A DNA stretch of 63,858 nt, filler included, from Reticulomyxa filosa (lineage: Eukaryota > Protista > Foraminifera): assembly GCA_000512085.1 (NCBI GenBank). It is 16 parts of 16 records of this genome, joined end to end, with 100 filler letters (N's around TTAATTAATTAA, not from the genome) between each part and the next. Parts side by side here need not be neighbours in the genome. Positions count along the whole stretch, not along the records: positions 23,077 to 30,264 come from ASPP01006715.1; positions 30,365 to 31,451 come from ASPP01018894.1; positions 31,552 to 33,063 come from ASPP01004155.1; positions 33,164 to 34,334 come from ASPP01007158.1; positions 34,435 to 50,766 come from ASPP01009226.1; 11 more parts are not named here. One strand, written 5' to 3'. The notes beneath the pieces were generated by a model, which worked only from the letters and a program-made list of their open reading frames with translations, did no database searches and was not told the DNA's origin. Below, piece after piece: positions 23,905 through 36,259 of this stretch (its first letter is position 1; every line of letters starts with the position of its first letter). Made by a program: the position numbers and the translations under genes.

Positions 23905-24546
23905 ATGAGCAAAGAAACCTTAAGTGAACCAAAAGTAGAAACACAAACAGAATCAAAAACAGCAGAAAGCCAAGCTCGAAAAGAGGAAAATAAAAGCGAA
24001 GAAAAGAAAGAGTCAGAAGCAGTGAATCCACTAGAAATTTCCCAAGCAATAGAAGATGACATAATACTCTATCGTGTGTACAAAGGAGAAGAGGATATGC
24101 ATTTAATTCAGGAATTGTGCGCAGCCAATCTAAGTGAGCCCTACAGTGTGTTTACGTACAGATACTTTGTGAACAATTGGCCCAAGCTGACTTATTTTGC
24201 GGTTTCGACAAAGGTAAACAAATGTGTTGGCTTGATCATTTGCCGACTTCGCGAGCGTCGAAATATTAAATCAGGGTATATTGCGATGCTTGTTGTGGAC
24301 AAAGCCCACCGAAAAAAGGGAATTGGTAACAAGCTCGTCACCTTGTGTGTCGATGCCATGAAGGCGGATAATGCTTATGAAATTGTTTTGGAAACTGAAA
24401 TCGATAATTGGAACGCTTTGAAATTATATGAAAAATTAGGCTTTGTGAGGTCTCGTAAGTTTCGCTGTTACTATATGAATGGCAACGACGCTTATCGTCT
24501 TGTCTTAAACTTGCAAATGCCCTTGCCATTGGATCCTTTGTTGTAA
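23905..24546 (+). CDS. NAA30: N-alpha-acetyltransferase 30 (NatC catalytic subunit, Mak3)
   Basis: LSEPYSVFTYRYF, GYIAMLVV...RKKGIG, IVLETE, LYEKLGF and YYMNGNDAYRL motifs. Confidence 0.95.
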   Translation: MSKETLSEPKVETQTESKTAESQARKEENKSEEKKESEAVNPLEISQAIEDDIILYRVYKGEEDMHLIQELCAANLSEPYSVFTYRYFVNNWPKLTYFAVSTKVNKCVGLIICRLRERRNIKSGYIAMLVVDKAHRKKGIGNKLVTLCVDAMKADNAYEIVLETEIDNWNALKLYEKLGFVRSRKFRCYYMNGNDAYRLVLNLQMPLPLDPLL

Positions 24547-25485
24547 TGCTCATATTTTTTATCTTCTTGCAACAATTTAATTAAAGACAATGACAAAGAG
24601 GATCATTCTTTTTCAATTGGATCAAACTTTTGACATTGCTGATTCAACAGTCTATTTCTCTTTTCAATGATTTGGACTGTTTCTATTTTGTGTAAACTCA
24701 ATATAACTTTTTTTAAAGTGCTGAGGAGACTTTTCTGTAATAGAATTGATTCATTAAGAAAGATACTTTTTTTTTCTTTTCTGAGGGGTCTTGCACACTC
24801 AAACTCTAACCAGGAGAAAAAAATAATAATTGTCCAACAATGACATCACAACCAACGGACGAAATCCCACGCTCAACTTGGCAACAACTGTCTAGTTTTA
24901 TACCTGCAAAGTCGTTGGGGTTTAGTAACAAAAAAAAACCACAAAAAAACAGCTACAAACAAATATGTGTGCATATGGTATCCACTGTATGTTGAACAAT
25001 AATTGACAAAAAAAATGTGATATTTTTGGTAACGTTCAAGCAACCGTATGCTTTCGTATTGGCTTTTGGTAGGTGAAATTTCAGGTCGCACATACGCAAA
25101 AAAAAAATTTTCAAAAGGTGAGTAAATTTTTGTGTATGCATGTGTCAAAATAGGAATGGTCACCGGATTTTGCTACATAGTTAGTGGGAGTTTGTAATCA
25201 AGAAAATGAGAGTTTTTGTCTTTTGTGTTGGACACAATAAAAGATTGTATTGATTCGAATGTGCACATATATACATCTGTGACTGTGTCAATGAATGCGT
25301 GATATTGACATGGTCAAGCTGTAGACGTATATGCAACAGCAATTTTGGTTATTCTTTTTAATTTTAAAATTGTTGACTTGTGTGGAAAAAATGAAAGGTG
25401 AGCAATGCTCAAGTGTCATTCGATGGAGAATCAAACAAGTTGAAAGGGATGCCGTTGTCCGCGTTGACTCGCGAAGAGTTTTTTT

Positions 25486-25872
25486 GTGATCACGATTTCA
25501 TTGGCATTTTTGGTAGCACTATCCAGCAGCTTGTTTTGTTCCATATTGTACAGCTTTCTGAACATGTTGGGACCTTCTGAAAGCACGTGGTTTGTGAAAG
25601 AGTTTCCCAGTATCACTGGCTTTCCATTGAAACTATTGACAACCAGTATTTTATTAATGATGGCCTCATTGATCATTTCCATCGGTGGACTCTACAGCAA
25701 TACCGTCTTTTATACCGTTTTGGTAATTGGCCTTATTGCTGTTGTCCTCATTTATTCCTTTCATGTTTATTTAGATAAGATTTCCAGTAGCTTCGTCAGA
25801 GAAGTTTACATCGACAAAGTCATACGTCCCTCAAAACTTCAAAACAAACAAGCCAATGACAAAACCGACTAA
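25486..25872 (+). CDS. Hypothetical membrane protein, 3' exon
   Basis: Three TM-like segments; upstream exons unresolved. Confidence 0.5.
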   Translation: MITISLAFLVALSSSLFCSILYSFLNMLGPSESTWFVKEFPSITGFPLKLLTTSILLMMASLIISIGGLYSNTVFYTVLVIGLIAVVLIYSFHVYLDKISSSFVREVYIDKVIRPSKLQNKQANDKTD

Positions 25873-27630
25873 ACTTTCTGTTTTTTGTTTTCTAGTGTTT
25901 CATATGTCACTTTTTTGTTTGGTTGGTTTTTGCTACTATCATGCTATTTGTCATGTCATATTTTTGCCTCGTGAATGTAGAGATAAGGGATAACTGACAG
26001 TCCAATTTTTTAAAATTTGAACTACCAGATGATATAACATAAAAAAAAACGATTTCAGATTTTTCAAACGCAAATGTAAACATTTACTTTAGCAATCGAA
26101 TTGAGAATAACTGGGCAAAATGTAAAATACGAAAGACTCTCTTGAGCCTTTCAACAAAAACAATTTAGTTAAAGAAAAAATAATGTCATAGAACAATTAT
26201 CAAAAAAACGTAAGACAAAAAACTAGGAATTGACTAGATTAAAGGGAGTTCTAATGTTCACTTGAATTTTGCTTATAATTAATAATGTTTTGTAATAGAT
26301 GCACTACATTCCACATATGACACATCCATGCAACATTTGAGATCACGAGTGCACCTTTCGTTTATGACGACCACTTGAAATGTATCAGCAATTTGTATTT
26401 TTGATTTTGTGAAAACAATTGAATACTGTAAATGAGAATATACTCGTTTAATGATTACTAATGATTTATTACATTGACTAATAGTTCTAAGGCATGTGGT
26501 CCTTGTGCAATATATACTTATATTTCGTTTTGCGAACGCAATTTTCGTAATTTGTATTTGTGCTTTTATTTTGATATTTACCTAACATGTACGCTGAATA
26601 ATAATATTTAACTAACAAATTAAGTAATTTTTTCCATTTATATGATATTTGATTAATTAGTGATTGCTGATAATTGTAATCCTATTTGGAGTTATATTAT
26701 AAGATATACAATAAATAGTAAATAAATCACAAAATATTCTTTGATAAGATCATAATTACTTTATACAACAATTATTAAAATATCTTTTAAATATATGAAA
26801 ACATTTTAACATTACGTTTGTTTGTGACGATACGTTAATTTGAATAATTGCTTTATTATAAATACTTGTGATGTCAATATAGTAATTTTACTAATAAATT
26901 GATGGTAAATTCGTATTGTACAAATGATAAAGTGACTTCATTTGATTTATGTGTTTGTAATTGAACATTTACAACTAGTAATATAGCTATTATTGTCAAA
27001 GCGCACTAGATATTGTTATATGTTTTGGTAGAGGTAATTCAATTTAGACAATTTAGAATGTTTGTTATTATGAAAATGTTGTATCTTCGTTTAAATTGAC
27101 ATCACTTATCATTTTACTATTTGAATTTTACATTATGTTTTTATATCATTTGACATTCTGAGTTAATCAGTCTTTTTTGTATAATAGCAACATTAGTTAT
27201 ATTTATTGATGTTGAGCGAAAGCATAAAAATTGAAATATATCATTTAGTCATTACTATTTGTTTGTTATTGAACGTTAATAACATTTTGTTGAATTCAAT
27301 TTTCCCTTTCGCGAACACATTTCCACATTTGAACTTTATGTAACTAATTAAGTATTGATTTAATTTGTTTCTTTCTTCTAATATCAACGTAGCCAAATTT
27401 AGTATGAATTTGGACTCATTTCAATAAACACAATAATTGTAATTGATTTTTGTTTTATGTTCTGTATCTTTTTCATATAACTTGAATTTGCATATATACC
27501 TTTTACTGATATTACTTCTACTAAAAATACTATTTTATTTTGGAAAATTCGCATTTATATATCGAGTTTCAGATTATATTTTGAAAGATACTGAATACTT
27601 CCGTTAATACTTTAGGGTTTATTCTTCATA

Positions 27631-28660
27631 CAGTAGTTTGCAAAAAAAACCATACAAAAAAGTTTACTTTTTTAGTATTTGGCTTGTATATCTTTATTGC
27701 TGGCTTTTATAGTATGCCTTTTTTTTAACAAAAATTTTTTTATTAAATCTATATCAAACTGTAATAAAGAAAAAATAATCAATTTAACAAACGTTTAAAC
27801 TTTTGTTCAAAAGAAGCTTTTATGTGTAATTTACCACTTGGTGACATCGCCATTTGCCTTTATCACATCATGAATGCGCTTAGCAATAAGCATATCACAC
27901 AAATCATCTTCAATTGAATACAATTGCTTGCTAAACTCCTCAAAGAGATCCTCTTTGCTGGAAAATAAATATATTACACAAAGTCAAATTATGAGAATCA
28001 TTGGTGGACAACTTGATATAAACACATAAATAAAAATTATAAATCTATCATCAGACCTATAATTGAATACTGATTCAGATCGATATTATTTCGAAAAAGT
28101 GCAATTTTTCGATTAAATACAATGCAAAATTTGGCATTTGCACGCATACTAAAATTATATCGCACTTCCTGTTCATCGGCAACACGCATAATCGCAAGAA
28201 TACCATCATTTGAAGCACGAAACCAAAATTTATTAATTACAAATTGGTTCAACCTATACAAAAGCGACAATTTATCAGTGAAACTAATCAAAAAAGAATA
28301 TGATTACATAATGACAAATATACAAACATATGTTGAAAAAATTAAAACAAAGAAAAAAATATCTCCTGCAATAAATGTAGAATGTGACTTTTGGAGGGGC
28401 TCTGCATGCTGGTGCAAGGATATAGCATCAACTGCAAAGCAAAATGTTTGAGTTTCTCCCTTTTATTTTTGATATTTAACAAAAACCATTTCATTTCATA
28501 TAGTGCCATAGGTATGGCAGTTTTTTTTGCAATATACTGTAGATAACATAGATTAAAGATAGTCTGTAATTTGTTCTATGTATCTCTTTTCAATAAAGAT
28601 ATACAAGTCAAATACTAAAAAAGCACTTTTTTTAATACTGTTTTTTTTTGCAAACTACTG
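27631..28660. mobile_element. Non-autonomous Tc1/mariner-type element with ~70-bp TIRs and TA flanks
   Basis: Left 27631-27699 and right 28591-28660 are inverted repeats starting CAGTAGTTTGCAAAAAAAA and sharing TTTTTTAGTATTTG(G/A)CTTGTATATCTTTATTG; TA at 27629-30 and 28661-62. Confidence 0.9.
27840..28451 (+). mobile_element. Decayed non-LTR retrotransposon (LINE) reverse-transcriptase C-terminal fragment
   Basis: YKSIIRPIIEY*...RLNTMQNLAFARILKLYRTS...RIPS in one frame (from 28038) matches the I/Jockey-group post-RT motif LYK..IRP.LEY...L...QN.A.R.I....R. Upstream GDIAI and LLNSSK resemble ADD.AI and L.LN..K. Confidence 0.75.
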
Positions 28661-29408
28661 TATTATCTGGCAATTAGGACTTAATCAATATAAAAGTCAA
28701 CGTAGTCCATATCGACAAATAACAATGTTATTATTCGTTGAAATGTGGCCAGTGTTTGTGAGTTCAAATTCAATACTGTTCCATTCACATAAACAATTGA
28801 AATAATAAACGCAGTTTATCACAACATTGTTACTATATGTACATGTATGACGCACAGTTTTGAAATATTTTTTGGATACCCATTTTTAAATATATCGTTC
28901 AAATTTAGTATATGTTATTTATATCGTACTGTTGCTTGTTTAATTTTCGATAGTCACGCATATAATGCTATATTTTTCTTCTATACAAAATTTATGCACA
29001 AGCAAATCGAGTATTTCAATGACACCTGGTCCAAATAACTATCTTTTTCTCTTTCGTTTTTGTTTTTTGATGGCCGGAAAGAGACATTATCCCAACAATT
29101 AATTACATATTTTATCAGACAGATACTAAGAGTTTGTTTGAGAGATTCTGAGAAGGAAAGAATTTGAAAGCCGCAAATGTTGTGTTTGATACATTTGAAT
29201 TGAAGGGGAAGATTTATAGTAATGTATAAAGATGGGGAGGGGAAAAATAGTTTTTTCCAGCTTAAGGATAATTTGATGCAGAACAAAAATAAATTAAGAA
29301 AGAGAGATGAACTAGCAACTCTTCATGTTAATAATAGTCGATCAGTAAACCATGAGAACACCCATCACGTTGCAATAGCAGTGCGCACGGCACTATTGGT
29401 GGATCGTA

Positions 29409-30232
29409 TTAGTGTTCGTCTTGTTGCGATTGATCTATTGTCGTCGACGAATAAGTGGAATGGCCGCCAACCAATTCGTTTAACTTATTTTGCATTTTCT
29501 CTTGTTCGTCATGCAGATATCCCTATTTGCAAAGTTATGTATTAATATTATCTAATATTTGCTATCGAATGGAGAATGAACGATAAAAAAGAAAAAAAAA
29601 TACAATACCAAATAAACCAATAAATCATTTTTTTGCTCTGTGAGATCATCATATTTTTTTTGAAGACTGTCTAATTTTTGTTTCAATTCCTGAGTGCGTT
29701 CTTGTTCACTTTTTTTTGGACTGCTATGGCCAGTAACAAGAATGATATTTTGTTGTTTTTCAATGTTCACTTTCAATGTTTTTTGTTGTGTCAGCAAATC
29801 GTTCAATTCATTTTTTGCACGTGTCAAAAGTTGGTGCAATTCACTGACTTTAGATTCGTGTTCCAATTTCCATTGTGCCTTTTCACTGTCAAGTTTAAGC
29901 TTTTCTTTTTGCGATTGGTTCTGCAATTTCTGCTGTTGCAGTTGGAGATGCATATTACGTATACTTTGTTTCATTTGTTCATTTTCGGTTTGCAGTTCGA
30001 TGATTTGTTGTTGCAGTGACTTGCCAGTAGCAGTACGAGGAGATTTTTGCAATACCTTGGTTTCATTGGTCGCAGTGAGGTGAGATTCCGCAGTCATGGG
30101 ACTTGAATTATTGCGTTTTACAGTATCAATCGATGTAGTTTCATGTGAGTTTTCATTTCGAGGTAAAGGTCTACAATAACAAGAGAACGCCAATTTGATT
30201 TTGTCATGGCAAATATCGTTTAAAATGTACAC
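29409..30232 (-). CDS. Coiled-coil protein 3' part, Uso1/p115-like C-terminus
   Basis: Long heptad-rich region; the spliced end QKNDLL.YLHDEQEKMQNKLNELVG resembles the p115 'DLLVLLADQ..K' tail. Confidence 0.5.
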
Positions 30233-32633
30233 ACAAATATATATATATATACATATTTACATATNNNNNNNNNNNNNNNNNNNNNNNNNNNNNNNNNNNN
30301 NNNNNNNNTTAATTAATTAANNNNNNNNNNNNNNNNNNNNNNNNNNNNNNNNNNNNNNNNNNNNACAAATAATTGCAACACTAAATATGATTTACAATAT
30401 ATTTCAAAAATAATATATTCTTAAATGTTCAAATTTAGTTTTGCAAATAATAAGAAAAATTTAATTATATTATATAAAAAAAATTGATTTTAAGGATTCG
30501 ATAAATAATATAATACCTGGATCCTGAATTTTATTTTATAACACAAATTGCTATAACTACAAATTGTATAATTGTAATTAATTTATATGAAAAAAAGAAA
30601 ATAAAATCAAGCACATATTTTGCATATTTGAAATTTTGTATAATACATATTCAAATATTATTTTATACGTTATAATGCAAAATGACACTAAAATTACACT
30701 TTATAAAAATAATCATTTTTTTCATGAAAAAACAATATATAACATAAGAAATAACTTGAAGTATATGTAATAATGATTCAAGATTAGATATTTCAATAGT
30801 TATATTACAACTGAATAAACAAATATAATTGAATAAATCTTAGAATTAATGAAAATTGATACAACAATAATCTCAAATTGGACAACATAACGATTCATTA
30901 AATACAAATATCAATCTTCATACAAGCGAACAAAAATAATAATTTTAAATTTGATTCAACAATGATAACTAGATCGATTTAATACTGTTGTAACAAAAAA
31001 TTTTTTAAAGAACTTTGCTTCAATACGTACACAAATATAAGTCGTTGGTATGAATTATTTGATTATATCTTAAAGCTTTAACAGTAATAAATTTTTTTTT
31101 ACATTCATTACACATAAATACAGTTAAACTATATATTACGTTTTTTTTTAAAGTAATTGGAAAACAAAAAACCTAAAATAATCTTGATGCAATTGTTATC
31201 TTGGCAGATATTGCACCTACTTCGTAATCTTTTATTCTTTTGCATTACACTCGTCATTAGACTGGTTTGGTCATGTCGAATTTTTTAAATTTATATTCAT
31301 TTTTTTTTAATAAACCCTTAGATCTTGAGTCATCATTCATTACAGTAATACAATACTAAACATCATACAACCCAACCAAGTGGCGCTTTGGAAAGAAGAA
31401 CAGTGGGACAACTCAAATATATTTTTTACTTTTTATAATTTTTAATACAATNNNNNNNNNNNNNNNNNNNNNNNNNNNNNNNNNNNNNNNNNNNNTTAAT
31501 TAATTAANNNNNNNNNNNNNNNNNNNNNNNNNNNNNNNNNNNNNNNNNNNNAAATTATTTCATTTCTGTTGTCGGTGTTGAATCAATTATCTGGAAAATT
31601 TTCAACTCATATTTACAGTAGCATAGATTAAATGTAAAAAAATGACATTTCTTGGAATACTGATTTCACACGTGCTATTCATGCATAAAATGTGTGATTT
31701 CATAACAAATTTTTATTGGGACTAAAAAAAACGACAGAAATGATAGCTTACAACATATATTGATTATGAAAATGGTTCAAAGTCAGTCGGACCACTTAAC
31801 AAAATACAAACAAAATCGGAATCAATTTCCTCCGCAAACAAACATTTGTCCCATCCATTCACATGCGAATCTAAGATAAGGGACAAATTGTTTGATTTTG
31901 CTACAAATCCTTGCAACTGAGTTTGACTCTTCAGACTGAAGAGATGCTTGCGGGTTTAAGTCTACATACAAACAACACAGAAGAAACCAGGAAAGTTCTT
32001 TATTGTTGATATTTTCAACCCACGGGCAAATAAAAAAAGATGGCAGAACTTCTTATTCGCATTGAGTAGATCAGCAAATGAAAAGAAATTTACTAGATTA
32101 AGGATAATGCTGATTAAAATAAAACTTTGGCTCCTTTTGCGTGGGCGTGTCTTTGCAAAACTAACTACTTTTCATTGTGATTGATTGAAATCTAATTGAA
32201 GATAGAGTAAACATTGTAGTGTTTGTAAAGTTCGAAGGTCAAAAAGGATACCTTTTTTCCTTTCTAAAAAACCAGAACAACCACAATAAATTTGACACAT
32301 TTGAATTTGAGTTTTAAACTTGATTTACAAATAGTTTTGATATTACAATATTGCTCCAAAAAAAAAAAAAGAACTTGTTTTTTTTTTCCTTTTTCCTTTC
32401 TTGCCAAGGTTTGGGGTTTTTTAGGGCTGGCGTTGTATGTATGACTACACCATTTCACTTTTCGATTCCAAATGACACTCAAGTCATTTTGCTTAAGTTA
32501 TGTTTTTCATTTTAATTTACTCTTTGGCGTTACAAATTGTGAACTTTAGCAAAGTCGTTGGAGGAGAAATCAAATTTTTGTGAAATATTTATATATACGT
32601 TTATACGTAATGTTGTGCAAAAAAAAAAAAAAA

Positions 32634-33010
32634 GTGGAATAAAAGATTCCGCAATAGAGCCATCTCAGTCAATTTTCGGGGTTTGTCCAAATGACATGTC
32701 CACACAATATTTGATTCCGGTAAAGCTAAACACAACAACGACGATACATAACCCGACGGTTCCGAAGGTGGTGATTCATAACACTCCTACTTCCGGCCGT
32801 TACCACTCCACAAGTCATATTTCCCATGCGATAAAAGAGCCACATCCAATGGGAACCACCTCTCTATTGCAGCACTGTCATCCCTCCACACCAATCGCGA
32901 ATATCAATCCGGTCTGTCAAATCCGTGCGCATCCAATCACGGGTTTTGTAAATACAAAAAATGAGGACGTCACTCGATACTGTATGCCTGCGCATTTCAG
33001 TTACTTTCGC
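32634..33010 (+). CDS. Probable coding exon, unknown function
   Basis: GC-elevated open frame bounded by homopolymer-rich intron-like DNA; no motif. Confidence 0.35.
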
Positions 33011-33029
33011 AATACCTTTCTTTTAATTC

Positions 33030-33063
<34 letters not shown>

Positions 33064-33259
33064 NNNNNNNNNNNNNNNNNNNNNNNNNNNNNNNNNNNNN
33101 NNNNNNNTTAATTAATTAANNNNNNNNNNNNNNNNNNNNNNNNNNNNNNNNNNNNNNNNNNNNATATATATTTATATGTATTTATTTATATTAATGTATT
33201 GATTTATGATTTTTTAAAAAAAAAAAAAAAACACACACACACACACACACACACATAGC

Positions 33260-33722
33260 GAGGAATACTTAAAATATGTCAAACCCAACGATTGGAAAGG
33301 CGATTTGATGAATGATGTCAGCAACGAATTGCTGTTCATCTTGCATGCCACTGATCACATGAAACGGTACAACCTTTCTCGGGTGTATTTCGAGTTTCGC
33401 ATCAATGGCAATGGCCACGACGTTTGCTTTGGCAATGCCGATAATGAAAATGTATATACGCGCGAAGTGTTGTTTGCAAACAAACACTTTTTGGAGTCAC
33501 ACTATCACAACTACACCACCCACTTTTCGAACACCGCCGTCAATGCCTTGTTTCGCAACGATCTCTCCTTTCACGAATTGTATCACCAACAGAGTGGCTC
33601 CATACATTACTATTGCCATGGCAAGCGATCGCCGCCTCCGAATGTGTTTACTTATGCACAATTAAATTCATTCAATGCCGATTTGGATGACAACGACAAC
33701 AATAATGCTGATTGGAATGATG

Positions 33723-33757
<35 letters not shown>

Positions 33758-33982
33758 CGTTTTCATTCACAATTTCGCGGCAAGCACAAAATACCAAAAT
33801 TTTTAACTTCCTCTACGTTTACTCAGGATCATCCCACTGTGAGACAATACAAAGAAACACCTCCGAAAAAACCCTTTGATATGGCTCTGTACCAAGAACT
33901 GTATCTTCGACAACAGAGCTCCTTTCACACAAAAAAATCACAACAATCACATCCAATGTTAAAACATGAAAATGACATTTAG
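33260..33982 (+). CDS. Hypothetical protein, 3' exon with poly-Asn tract
   Basis: Open frame after an (AC)n-catag acceptor; (AAT)n at ~33718-33757. Confidence 0.55.
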
Positions 33983-34434
33983 CTCTTTTTAATTTCGCTT
34001 TTGAACAAATCCATTTCTTTTGTTATTGTTGTTTGTCGTTGTTGTTGTTTTTTTTTTTCTTAAAAAAACTAAAAACAACACATTATAAGATTGTCTATTC
34101 TCTTTATAACAGAATATCTTTTTTTTCTCAAACTCATGTGAATCGCATCTTTTTTAAAAATAGTGTTGTTGGGAGTATTAATAAAAAGGTTATTATACTT
34201 TGTAAAATGTCAAAACTTATATCCAAGTTTCAATGTCACATCGAAGCTTTTTCCATTACTTTTCCAGAACTTTACCAGATAAATAAAAAACGAAAAAAAC
34301 ATTACATTTACTCGCTTGTCCTTATTTTTCTTTCNNNNNNNNNNNNNNNNNNNNNNNNNNNNNNNNNNNNNNNNNNNNTTAATTAATTAANNNNNNNNNN
34401 NNNNNNNNNNNNNNNNNNNNNNNNNNNNNNNNNN

Positions 34435-35082
34435 ATAATAATAATAATAATAATGATAATAACGATGATGATGACGATGAATATGATGAAAGCGGCATTG
34501 TCGATGTTTATCCTCTTCCTCCTCTTTATCCTCCTTCTTCCTCTTCGCACGCTCCTCAAGCTATCAATGACAAACCACAAAAGACAGTTTTGAGTCTATA
34601 TTCAAAAAAAAAAAAAATATTTTTATACATATATATATATGTATATATGTGTACATATATGTATCAAATTTAAAAAAAAAAAAAAGTTTGAATACTTTTT
34701 TGGGAGGGGATAGGATCAATTGGTAGCAAATGGTGACACGAAAGAACAGACAGACAAGACGGTGAAGAAGCAGAAGGAGAAAAAGATTCGCAAGATTGGC
34801 GTGAGCGAGGATGGATTCGAAGAGTACGACATAGACTTTAGCGACGACAATGGCAACGGCGCGGGCAATCCTCCGCTGCTCACTGACAATGACGCTCTTC
34901 GACAACAACTGCTCGAAGAGCAACTCCGCGTCGAAGAGCTCAAGCACGAACGCAAGAAATCCTTTTTGGATGCGCTGTCGTACCAACAAGAGCTATCCAG
35001 AATCCGCGGCATGACTCCACAGCAGTTTGAGCTTTATATGGCTCAAGGTGCCTCTCCTCATCATAATAACAATAACAATAAC

Positions 35083-35116
<34 letters not shown>

Positions 35117-35790
35117 TTAATACGAATGATCATACTCATACTATTCCTGATCTCATTGTCAATATCAATGCCAATGCCAATGCCAATGCCAATGCCAATG
35201 CGCGTGCGACTTCTCCATCTCCTTCTCCTTCTCCCATTCCCAGTCTCACTCCCACTTCCACTTCCAAAAGGAAACTACAGATGCAAAATAGCCAGAGCAA
35301 GAAGCAGAAGCACTTGCACCCTGATCGGACGGAGGGGCTTGCTGCGACGGGCGACACGTCGCCAAACACATACCATCGCTGCGTATGGGAGGACTGCGAG
35401 TGCCATCAACTGCGACGACTCATGTACGAGTTGCAGGGGAAACTCGAGGACGCCCATTTGAATGTCGAAAAACTCACGCAAAAGCAACGCAACTCCTTGG
35501 CCAGAATGAGCGAACGCGCGTTCAAACAAATGCTCGACCAAGAGCAGGAACACTACAATGAAAAAGACCAACTCAACTCCATCATTATCGAACTCAAGGC
35601 TTTCAACGCTAGGCTGGTCGCCGAAAAATGTAATTTGGTCCAAACCGCGTGTCTGACCATTGATTCTTTGAGGTTCTTTTTCTTTTTCTTTTTTTTTTAC
35701 AAATTATTTCATTCTATCACTTTTTTGTTGTTGTACACAGGAAAGAGATTCAACAGCTTTCAACGCAATTGAGTGACTTCAAAAAAAAAA
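34435..35790 (+). CDS. Multi-exon coiled-coil / low-complexity protein, 3' part
   Basis: 350-aa open frame with poly-N, (NA)n, (SP)n and coiled-coil segments; GT-AG boundaries. Confidence 0.6.
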
Positions 35791-36259
35791 AAGCAAATTA
35801 ACAGTTATATATTTTTATTTTTATTTTTTTTCCTCCTATCCACTCCATCTTTTTTTTTTCTCGCTCTCCTTGCGCAACCACCTTCCTTTTAGCCATTTTC
35901 TGTGCCCTTTGGCTGCGATTGTGAGTGAGCGTTTTTATCTTGTTTACAATTGTAAAGAACTTATTTCATTTGATGGATTTGCTTTTTCTCTTTTTTTTTT
36001 TTTTTTCTTTTTTGGAGGAAAAAAGAAATTTAATGTATATCAATCTTGGGTCATTTGCTTAAATTTGCTAATTCCAATTTCTGTTTTGTTTTGTTTTGTT
36101 TAGTGAATTTATAATATTTGGTGGTGAATAAAAATGAAAAAGCTCATTCAGCATATCAAAAAATAAATAAAGCTAAATATTTGTTGTTTACATGTCTACG
36201 AAAACGCTCTGTAAGTAGTACGGTATAGCTACACAAAAATCTTTAAAAAACAGAAATAA

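Noticed and set aside
26040-26145. SNRIENNWAKCK fragment resembling a Merlin/IS630 transposase motif
   Set aside because: One short motif, with no TIRs or other catalytic blocks seen.
31811-31960. Two hairpins (ATTTGTCCC/GGGACAAAT; CTCTTCAG/CTGAAGAG) as an H/ACA RNA
   Set aside because: H and ACA box spacing does not fit and there is no other support.
32640-33010. Minus-strand frame with several TGA codons suggesting an alternative genetic code
   Set aside because: The frame also contains TAA, the plus strand is open, and TGA terminates genes elsewhere in the window.
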